Shown: positions 49,856-57,204 of the stretch, piece by piece
Layout: every line of letters begins with the position of its first letter
How positions within the stretch are numbered: the first letter of the stretch is position 1
Origin: an uncultured Candidatus Saccharibacteria bacterium
Lineage (GTDB): Bacteria; Patescibacteriota; Minisyncoccia; Minisyncoccales; RBG-13-42-11
DNA: 64,000 nucleotides
Reading direction: 5' to 3'
Assembly: GCA_964481125.1 (NCBI GenBank)
Contig: CAYZSL010000001.1
Coordinates: forward strand, 98,468-162,467
Made by a program: the position numbers and the translations under genes
Notes under the pieces: model-generated
The model's database searches: none
What the model was told of the DNA's origin: nothing
The model's input: only the letters and a program-made list of their open reading frames with translations

Positions 49856-49966
49856 ATGAACACAAAAACTAAAGAAATAATCTCACTTATAATAATGATT
49901 ATTTTAACAGTGATATTTATCAAAAATGTCATTTTTAACGTATTAACTTATTACTATTACCATTAA
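49856..49966 (+). CDS. Unlisted 36-codon ORF: small hydrophobic peptide ending YYYYH
   Basis: Hand translation gives MNTKTKEIISLIIMIILTVIFIKNVIFNVLTYYYYH*. It fills the gap between the B12 radical-SAM gene and the dehydrogenase gene on the same strand. No RBS is seen, but neighbouring genes lack one too. Confidence 0.25.
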   Translation: MNTKTKEIISLIIMIILTVIFIKNVIFNVLTYYYYH

Positions 49967-49971
49967 TTTTA

Positions 49972-50973
49972 ATGAAAGCTCTATTTTATAATTTTTCTAA
50001 AAAGAAATTTCTGTTTAAAGAAATTGCCATTCCAAAAATAAAACCAGATGAACTGTTGGTTAAAGTTAAAGCATCGGCCCTGTGCGGAACTGATCTGCAT
50101 ATAATGAATGGTCCTTTGACTCCAAAGGTTTACAATAAAAAAGAAATTATTTTAGGTCATTCTTTTACTGGAGTTATTGTAGAAGTCGGGAACAATGTTA
50201 AAAATTTCAAGAAAGAAGATAGAATATTTGCTTCAACTTTCATTTGGTGTGGTGTTTGTCAAAAATGTAAAGAAGGAAAACCAAATCTTTGCGATCATCG
50301 TTTCGTTCTCGGAATGGAAAAAGCAGGCTCTCACGCAGAATATATTTCTATTCCACAAAGAATTGCTTTCCATTTGCCAAAAAGAATTGATTTTATTAAT
50401 GGTTCTTTAATCACTGATATTTTGGCCCTAGACATCCATGCTATTGAAAAGGTAAATATACGGTCTTCGGATCGGATTTTGATTTTGGGAACAGGTCCAG
50501 TTGGTCTAATCCTTGGTATCCTACTTAAGTTACGCGGGTTAAAATCGGTTTTTATAATTGAACCGATAAAATACCGACAGAGCTTAGCTAAAAAATTGTT
50601 TAGGGCTAATATAATTTCCAAAGAAAACATTAAAAAATTAAAAAATCGCTTCGATATAATTTTTGAAACAAGCGGCGATATTAAGATTTTAAATTATAGC
50701 CAAAAGCTCCTTAAAAGAGGAGGTAGTATTATAATGATTGGCGTGCAAAGCAAAAAATTTAATTTAAATGCTTTAAAATTAATTTCTCGAGAACTTTCTT
50801 TGTTTGGGGTTTTTGTGTTTCGCACTCAAGATATTAAAAATAGCTTGAAATTATTAAGTAGAAAAAAAAATATCCTTAAAAAAGTAATTACTCATAAACT
50901 TCCGTTTAAAAATGGAAAGAAAGCTTACGAACTTTTAAAGAAGAAAAATGTTGGAAGAATAATACTTTTTTAA
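49972..50973 (+). CDS. Zinc-type medium-chain dehydrogenase/reductase (threonine/sorbitol dehydrogenase-like)
   Basis: 333 aa. CGTDLHI, GHSFTGVIVEVG (Ser where Glu is usual), structural-Zn lobe CGVCQKCKEGKPNLC and a Rossmann motif GTGPVG. Confidence 0.8.
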   Translation: MKALFYNFSKKKFLFKEIAIPKIKPDELLVKVKASALCGTDLHIMNGPLTPKVYNKKEIILGHSFTGVIVEVGNNVKNFKKEDRIFASTFIWCGVCQKCKEGKPNLCDHRFVLGMEKAGSHAEYISIPQRIAFHLPKRIDFINGSLITDILALDIHAIEKVNIRSSDRILILGTGPVGLILGILLKLRGLKSVFIIEPIKYRQSLAKKLFRANIISKENIKKLKNRFDIIFETSGDIKILNYSQKLLKRGGSIIMIGVQSKKFNLNALKLISRELSLFGVFVFRTQDIKNSLKLLSRKKNILKKVITHKLPFKNGKKAYELLKKKNVGRIILF

Positions 50974-50984
50974 ATCTCAATTTA

Positions 50985-52079
50985 TTATCTCTTTCTCTCA
51001 AACATAAAACTAGCTAAAAACTCAAAAAAACTGTAAGAATTATTTATCTTCCCCTTTAATTTTCTTAAAATCATTAGAGCTTTTTTTGATTTCTTTAGGG
51101 CAATTCTCTCGCAAAAATCAACCGCGCCAGACTCATAATAAAAATCTATAATCTTTTTAATTTCTTTTTTAGAGGCTTTTTCGTTACCAATAATTTTAAG
51201 TATTTCTGCTTTTTTATTTTTATCCGCCTTTTTAAGAGAATAAATCAAAAGAAGAGTTTTTTTGCCATTTTTAATGTCTGATCCTTTTTCTCTACCCTTC
51301 TCTCCCCCTATGGATAAATCCAATAAATCATCTTTTATTTGGAAAATATAGGCTAAGTTTTCAGCAAAAGATTCTAGAATTTTTATTTCTTTTTTCTTAA
51401 CGTTAGCTAAAATTCCGGCTAAACGCACTGAGGTTTTAAAAAGTTCTCCTGTTTTCAACCTTACCATTCTGAAATAATCTTCTTTATTGATATTTTCCTC
51501 TTTTTCAAAAAAAAGATCTTCTGCTTGCCCAAAATTATCGGAAAAATCTTGTTTATTAAAAAGTTCTAAAATTTCAACTTTCTTTTTTGTGTTGATTTTC
51601 GATTGTAAAACTGCTAAATCTACCAAAGCTCTTAATATTTTCCCGCCAATAAATCCAGATACCGCACCAAATCTCGAAGTACTATTTTTGTAAATCTTTC
51701 CGAAATAAGAAAATTTTTTATATCTTCTGTCAAACCATTCTTCAAACAAAAAATGAATGGTCGATTTTCCCCTTCTAACTGTATCTTCATCGTAAATGTC
51801 GTCGTGGATAAGAGTATAGCTATGATAGAGTTCTAAAGGAAGAATTGCGTGATAAAATTTCTTTAGATTCTTATTTGAAAAAGATTGGAAGGTTTTTATC
51901 GCCAGAATAGGTCTTAGTCTTTTTCCCGAATAAAGACAAAATTTTTCCAAAAAATTAATCTCTTTTCCCACTAAAAGATTTTCTTTTTCTGTAAAAGATA
52001 TCTGATTGAAAAGCTTTCTTAATTCTTGGTTAATAATATTTTGGTAAAACTTTAATTCTTTCTCGAAATTCATGTTCAA
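50985..52079 (-). CDS. trans-Polyprenyl diphosphate synthase (short-chain, FPP/GGPP-synthase-like)
   Basis: 364 aa. First Asp-rich motif LIHDDIYDEDTVRRG, second FQIKDDLLD. Tyr lies 5 residues before the first motif. Confidence 0.85.
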   Translation of the reverse strand: MNMNFEKELKFYQNIINQELRKLFNQISFTEKENLLVGKEINFLEKFCLYSGKRLRPILAIKTFQSFSNKNLKKFYHAILPLELYHSYTLIHDDIYDEDTVRRGKSTIHFLFEEWFDRRYKKFSYFGKIYKNSTSRFGAVSGFIGGKILRALVDLAVLQSKINTKKKVEILELFNKQDFSDNFGQAEDLFFEKEENINKEDYFRMVRLKTGELFKTSVRLAGILANVKKKEIKILESFAENLAYIFQIKDDLLDLSIGGEKGREKGSDIKNGKKTLLLIYSLKKADKNKKAEILKIIGNEKASKKEIKKIIDFYYESGAVDFCERIALKKSKKALMILRKLKGKINNSYSFFEFLASFMFERKR

Positions 52080-52164
52080 TAATATTAAATTCTTTTAAAA
52101 ATTAATCAAGGCTTATTCTTCTTATCCTAACATAAATAGCACTCAGTCTCAATTGTTTATTTTT

Positions 52165-53321
52165 ATGAATAAAAACAATCTTCCTTATTTTACGCGGAAA
52201 AACCGTCTTGATTCTTATCTTTTAACGTCTTTCTTACGTAGAAAATTTTTACCGTCATTGAGAAAAACTTTTCCTGTACATTATCTTATCAGTCAAAATT
52301 AATACCAATATTTAAAATTTATCAAAACAACCGCCAAGAAATACCCCGTTTTTCTTCGTTTTGACATTGAAAAATACTTTCCTTCTATTAATCACCAAAC
52401 TCTCTTGGAAGAAATAACTCTATCGTACCAACGGTTAACCAATAGATTGGTTTCACGACGATTCAAAAAGTTATTAAAAATGACTTGCCGGAATTTCTAA
52501 AAATCTCTCCTTTTACAAATCAGGGGCTAGCATTGGGCAATAACTTATCTCATATTTTAGCTGGTATTTATTTGTTAAAACTGGATTTGAAGCTAAAACT
52601 GCCTTTTTTGCGAGTCGTAGACGACTATCTTGTTTTTGGAAAAACATATAACGAATTAAAAGATCTCCTCGCTAAAACCATTGCTCCGGTCCTAGAAGAT
52701 TTAGAATTATCCTTGAACATCAAAAAGTTTAGTTCGGACAGATTTCATAAAGATAAATTAACTTTTTTAGGTTTTGAATTTCATGCTGGGTATATCAAAA
52801 TATCTAAAGAAAAAATTGAAAATTTCAAACAAAGAATTAAAGAAATAACTTATTTAACAAGAAAAAAAACGACGGTAGCCGTAATTAAACAATTAAATAA
52901 CCAAATCCAAGGATTCGGGAATTATTATAAGTTATCCAGTGCAAAACAAGTTTTCGAAGAACTTGATAGTTTTATACGAGCACGGTTAAGACGCCAGATT
53001 AACCGAAATAAGGACAGCCATGATAAACAAAGCAATTTAATTCTAACTAATCCCATGATTAGATCTCTAGGGTTAAAATCATTAGGAGAAATTTATCAAA
53101 AATATAGGCAGAAAAAACAATATAAATTGCGGAAAATAAAGAAATTTAAGACTAAATTTAGCAAATCATCTGGGAGATACACTTATCCAGAATTAGAAAA
53201 AATCAAAGCTAAATATCAACAAAAAATCATCTTAAATCAATTGGAAAAATTAACCGCTTTAATAAAGAATATGAATAAAAAGATAATGAAAATAGAAAAG
53301 AGACTGAAAAACCAGAATTAA
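52165..53321 (+). pseudogene. Decayed reverse transcriptase (DGR-like / group-II-intron-like lineage)
   Basis: RT motifs FLRFDIEKYFPSINH (domain 2), GLALGNNLSHILAGIYL (domain 4), FLRVVDDYLVF (domain 5; VVDD rather than YxDD), LTFLGFEF (domain 7) and a GFGNYYKL thumb. Interrupted by an in-frame TAA at 52300-52302 and a 1-nt frameshift at the A5 run 52476-52480. The fingers motif 1 is not recognisable. Confidence 0.65.
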
Positions 53322-53450
53322 AGAAATTTAATCTTAATTTTCATCTTTAAAATTGTATTTTCTGTCTTTTAATTATCAAGGATATCCAACGGTTAACCTT
53401 TAATCAAACAATAATTAATAAAATGTACAAAATGCGTATTAGTGGACGGA

Positions 53451-54407
53451 TTAAATGCATTTACAGTTAATCCAGTTGGTCATTTTGCCGCTGCCGGGGG
53501 GGCACTCCATGGAGTAAAAGCATATGGCGGAGGTATTTGCGCAGGTGGCGGTCATGGTGATACAAGACCATGGAGACCCGAGGTAAGTTAAGTACTGGAG
53601 CATGTTTGTTGCACCAGCATCGTAGCCGACGCTTGCACAAGCGCAGGCAACATTTGATGCACAAGCACCACTCACGCAAAACCCACTATTCTTTGTTTGG
53701 GTGGCGCAATACGCCGTGCAATTTGATCCTGTTTTACAAGCGAGATATTGTACCGCCCCACAAGTCTTCGGGGCACAATCGCCGAACAGATCTTCGCCAT
53801 CTTGGTCTATACAGGAACCACCGCTACACTTTTGACAATCGGCACTGCATGTGTTCGCGTCCCAAATATCCTGAGCGTCGTTGGGCGTACTAACGCAAGC
53901 TCCATTCGAGCAACCAGTACAAGCTGCAGTACAACCTGTTACTTCTTCATAATTTGTTGTACAGAGAAATTCATCATCCCCATCTGCCGTTGTGATCGTT
54001 GTCATGTCGTGCCGCCTCCTGGCATTCGCCGGTTTGTTGTCATCGGTATATTGTGTTGTTGCCGCAGGGTAATTGTCTGAATCCGCGTCAACCATCCAAA
54101 GATTGGTCTTTTTAAGCGTTCCATTCACATTTATTGCGATATTTGCTGCAGGTTTCTCAATGGTTACTGTATAATTTTGATTCCAGGCTACTGTTTGGCC
54201 CGCATTTATAGTCAAAGTATATCCAGATTTGATTGTTAAGTTACCCTCATCAACGCCATCTACGGTGTAAGCAAAAGTACAGTTAGCCGCAACATCATAA
54301 TCTCCACCAGGCAAAACACCTGCACACGAAGCAGCCAAAGCCAAGCCTGATTCAATAAAAAATATAAAAGTAATGGACAAAATTATAAAAAATAATGTTT
54401 TTTTCAT
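53451..54407 (-). CDS. Secreted, extremely Cys-rich protein (GC-rich gene)
   Basis: 318 aa. Signal peptide MKKTLFFIILSITFIFFIESGLALA|AS. The N-terminal half is beta-rich (GNLTIKSGYTLTINAGQTV). The C-terminal ~170 aa have roughly 30 Cys (CTAACTGCSNGAC..CSADCQKCSGGSC..). The three overlapping ORFs in other frames are by-products of stop-poor composition. Confidence 0.75.
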   Translation of the reverse strand: MKKTLFFIILSITFIFFIESGLALAASCAGVLPGGDYDVAANCTFAYTVDGVDEGNLTIKSGYTLTINAGQTVAWNQNYTVTIEKPAANIAINVNGTLKKTNLWMVDADSDNYPAATTQYTDDNKPANARRRHDMTTITTADGDDEFLCTTNYEEVTGCTAACTGCSNGACVSTPNDAQDIWDANTCSADCQKCSGGSCIDQDGEDLFGDCAPKTCGAVQYLACKTGSNCTAYCATQTKNSGFCVSGACASNVACACASVGYDAGATNMLQYLTYLGSPWSCITMTATCANTSAICFYSMECPPGSGKMTNWINCKCI

Positions 54408-54506
54408 ACCTTATTAAGTATCTGCTATTATTTAGCGCTGGCCCATTTGTAGCAGATAATATTTATTTATTATAACTCATTATTATGATAGGAATAAGTG
54501 CTTAAT

Positions 54507-55019
54507 TCACCTAAAGGTTATTTCCACAGAATTCTCGCCGCTAGTGTTCTTAGCTTCAATACGTAATCGATAATCATAATCAACGCTATCGTCTCTATTC
54601 CATATTCCATGCCATAAAGTCAAAAGAGCCCCTTGTCCTTCGGCTTTCATGAGCTCTAGTGGAATTACAACCGATTTATTGTCAGTAATAACTTTGACTA
54701 TAACAGAATCATATCCTGTTATCGAATCAACCTCATCATCTTGAAGTTTTACTAAAATAGTCTGATTTTGATCGATTTCTACATCTAACGGATCTATTTC
54801 AACTTCAAGAATCTGGGGATTTTTCTTTTCTCCAGCAATTATTTGATAAACTTGTTTTCCCTGAGCAATTGGCTGTGTTGATGGTGTTCTAGGCGATTCT
54901 TCTTGTGTCACCGTAGAAGTTTCGCGGTTCTCACTATTTTTTGAAATAAATATAAAAATTATCAACGCCAAAATAAGCAAAATGATGATTATTCCAAAAA
55001 TTAAAAATTTCCTAGACAT
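54507..55019 (-). CDS. Membrane-anchored exported protein, paralog A (shared DPLD...ITF[RK] C-terminal domain)
   Basis: 170 aa with an N-terminal TM segment. The C-terminal domain VEIDPLDVEIDQNQTILVKL...WHGIWNRDD...IEAKNTSGENSVEITFR aligns with the C-terminus of ORF 55021-55791. Confidence 0.6.
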   Translation of the reverse strand: MSRKFLIFGIIIILLILALIIFIFISKNSENRETSTVTQEESPRTPSTQPIAQGKQVYQIIAGEKKNPQILEVEIDPLDVEIDQNQTILVKLQDDEVDSITGYDSVIVKVITDNKSVVIPLELMKAEGQGALLTLWHGIWNRDDSVDYDYRLRIEAKNTSGENSVEITFR

Positions 55020-55020
55020 G

Positions 55021-55791
55021 TTACTTGAAAGTTAAAGTAACCTTGGACGTCCCACTAATGCTTGACGCTGTAATTTCCACTGTGAAATTACTGCATATGG
55101 AGTCTTTCAAAGACCAAGAACCCTGCCAGGTGCCGTTGGTTTCAGTTCCACTTATCAAACTTAATGTGAAAGAAACCGTTTTTGTATCAGTGCCGGCAAG
55201 ACCCGTTACTGAAGTAATCGGATTGTCGTTCGTATCGTTAATATTCACTATTACATCCTGAGCTGAATTAAATGTTAAATCCAAAGGATCAACTATTATT
55301 TGGGTTATTGCAGGAACATTCTTTGTCGAAACATTATATGTTTGCCTTCCGTAGGCCACGGGATCACAAACAATAGAAGGCGCTTGGGGTTCAGAGACAG
55401 AACCTTGGCCGTAAGAAGAAATTTGATCAACTTCTTCTGTCGTTGTTGCGGTTGTCGTTGCAGTAGTAGTTGCCGTAGTTGTCGCAACTTCTAATTCTTC
55501 TTCAACCTCAGGAATAATGTTAAAATAATCATTAAAATTTATTGTTATCTCTCCCAACGCCTCAGTCATCAAACTTACTATTCCACTCATTATATTTATC
55601 ATTTCAGCTTTAACTTTTTCTATCTCTAAAAGAAGTTTTGTTTCTTCCATTTTAAGAGCGTCTGCTGTTTGCTCTGAGCTTATATACTGTGCTTGAGCTT
55701 TTGCGAAAAAAACAGGCAAAACGAATAAAGCTACAAAAAGACATACTATCAAACAAATATTTAAGGATAAAAACAGATCTCTTCTATTCAT
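55021..55791 (-). CDS. Exported protein, paralog B, with a coiled-coil and an (ATTT)4 linker
   Basis: 256 aa. Signal/TM LSLNICLIVCLFVALFVLPVFFAKA, a coiled segment and the VATTTATTTATTTATTTEE linker. The C-terminal domain is IIVDPLDLTFNSAQDVIVNI...WQGSWSLKD...ITASSISGTSKVTLTFK. Confidence 0.6.
   Translation of the reverse strand: MNRRDLFLSLNICLIVCLFVALFVLPVFFAKAQAQYISSEQTADALKMEETKLLLEIEKVKAEMINIMSGIVSLMTEALGEITINFNDYFNIIPEVEEELEVATTTATTTATTTATTTEEVDQISSYGQGSVSEPQAPSIVCDPVAYGRQTYNVSTKNVPAITQIIVDPLDLTFNSAQDVIVNINDTNDNPITSVTGLAGTDTKTVSFTLSLISGTETNGTWQGSWSLKDSICSNFTVEITASSISGTSKVTLTFK
55438..55485 (-). repeat. Four tandem 12-nt units encoding (Ala-Thr-Thr-Thr)x4
   Basis: The minus strand reads GCG ACA ACT ACG / GCA ACT ACT ACT / GCA ACG ACA ACC / GCA ACA ACG ACA. 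The units differ at synonymous positions. Confidence 0.8.
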
Positions 55792-55853
55792 ATTACTATA
55801 TTTTATAATTTTTCAAAAATAAAGACAATATTCTATGAAATTTATCCGAAATA

Positions 55854-57113
55854 TCACTCTCCTAAGTTATTCGAATCGGTTATCTGAACACATTCTCCCT
55901 GCACTTTAACCCATTCTCCATTTTCAAGCCAAATACAATAGGTTTGTCCAGTAGTTTTATCTATTGTTTGGAATTGCCCCACCTCAGCTGTATCAACTTT
56001 AATTCTACTGGCTATAATCTCTTTAACTTTAGCAATACCGTTTTCAACAATTAAGCCGATTGAAGATAAAGCTTCTTTTATCTGTTGCGTAAAATCTCCT
56101 TCTGTTCGACCCGATTCAGATACAATTCTTTCTTGATTTTGATTATATTTATTATTCACAATCTCATCTACCAGTAAACCTTGAACATCGCCGTCATCAG
56201 ACAGGTTAAGCCATTGCTGCCAGTCAAACCTTGAAGCTGATAGACGGTAAGAAACTGAGTCAGCTGTTTGGCTGTAAATAATAAGTCTGTTGTTCTGAGG
56301 GTCTTTCTTGTACCAGACGCCTCCTGGTCCTTCAGATGACAAAAGTATTGTTAGTTTTGACCAGTTTTCTCCAAAATCAGTAATTCGGTAAAAGATATAT
56401 AAGTCTGAGTGTTCTTCCAGGCTATTGAAATCGATAATATATTCTCCGTTGGTCAGTTGTATGGTACCTGTGGTTTCTTCTTTTACTCCCAGCATACCAC
56501 TAATATAGGTGGCATATTTGGTGCCTTGTACGTTGTAAACAGGGTCAATCGTACCCACGGTTAGCTTACCTTGGCCAGCACTACCAATTGTCACTTTATT
56601 TGTACCATCGTTTAAAAGCACACTGCTAGCTAACCAAGTGGTACCATCATATCTTAATGTCTGACCAGCCATTGTTCCAGCCGGTAAGCCAGTAGTCTGC
56701 CAATTCAATATTCCTGCGCCATTATTGGTTAGAACTGTACCAACCGCACCTTGAGCTGACGGCCATGTGTAACCTATACCTTTTATCACTTTCATATCTC
56801 CTGTCTGATCAATACGGAATATGTCAACAGAACTGTTTCTAATATTTAACGGACTATAGTTGCTGGCCGTCACTATTCTCAATCCTTCAGTACCTAAAGC
56901 AGGATTGATTTGTAGTTTAGCGCCAGGCGAAGTACTACCGATACCGACTCGACTAGTTGTTGTAGCAATACATAAATTAGTATCACATTCTATTTCAGAT
57001 GCTGAATGTCCTGGATTTGGCGCATCCGGATTAGCTTTAATAATCTGAATAACCGAGAAAGTAATTCCGACAAACAGCATAGCGATTAAGACAAATAAAT
57101 GTATTTTTTTCAT
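55854..57113 (-). CDS. Exported tail-fibre-like protein
   Basis: 419 aa. Signal MKKIHLFVLIAMLFVGITFSVIQIIKA. RVGIGSTSPGAKLQI, YTWPSAQGAVGTVLTNNGAGILNWQ and GQTLRYDGTTWL resemble motifs I associate with phage tail-fibre-like proteins. Recollection only. Confidence 0.55.
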   Translation of the reverse strand: MKKIHLFVLIAMLFVGITFSVIQIIKANPDAPNPGHSASEIECDTNLCIATTTSRVGIGSTSPGAKLQINPALGTEGLRIVTASNYSPLNIRNSSVDIFRIDQTGDMKVIKGIGYTWPSAQGAVGTVLTNNGAGILNWQTTGLPAGTMAGQTLRYDGTTWLASSVLLNDGTNKVTIGSAGQGKLTVGTIDPVYNVQGTKYATYISGMLGVKEETTGTIQLTNGEYIIDFNSLEEHSDLYIFYRITDFGENWSKLTILLSSEGPGGVWYKKDPQNNRLIIYSQTADSVSYRLSASRFDWQQWLNLSDDGDVQGLLVDEIVNNKYNQNQERIVSESGRTEGDFTQQIKEALSSIGLIVENGIAKVKEIIASRIKVDTAEVGQFQTIDKTTGQTYCIWLENGEWVKVQGECVQITDSNNLGE

Positions 57114-57204
57114 ATTTTTAGCTGTTTTAAACGTTGAGCCAACGTCCTGAGCAGCTATTAATTAATTATATCATTTTTTTACGACTGTTTAATGTATATA
57201 CGAA

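Noticed and set aside
52428-53400. Exact 13-nt repeat CCAACGGTTAACC at 52428-52440 and 53388-53400 flanking most of the RT gene
   Set aside because: I considered it as a target-site duplication or a TR/VR remnant. A single 13-mer match is within chance expectation for a 64-kb window, it contains a palindrome (GGTTAACC), and the flanks do not extend the similarity.
52080-53450. Search for a DGR template repeat next to the RT
   Set aside because: The only non-coding stretches (52080-52164 and 53322-53450) are short and extremely AT-rich. By eye they show no resemblance to the 3-prime ends of neighbouring genes, so an intact DGR cannot be claimed.
53467-54080. ORFs 53467-53679 (-), 53570-53893 (+) and 53748-54080 (+) overlapping the Cys-rich gene
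   Set aside because: They open only because the locally GC-rich sequence is poor in stop codons. The 318-aa frame has a proper signal peptide and spans the whole region, whereas the alternative frames are Arg/His/Cys-rich with no start context.
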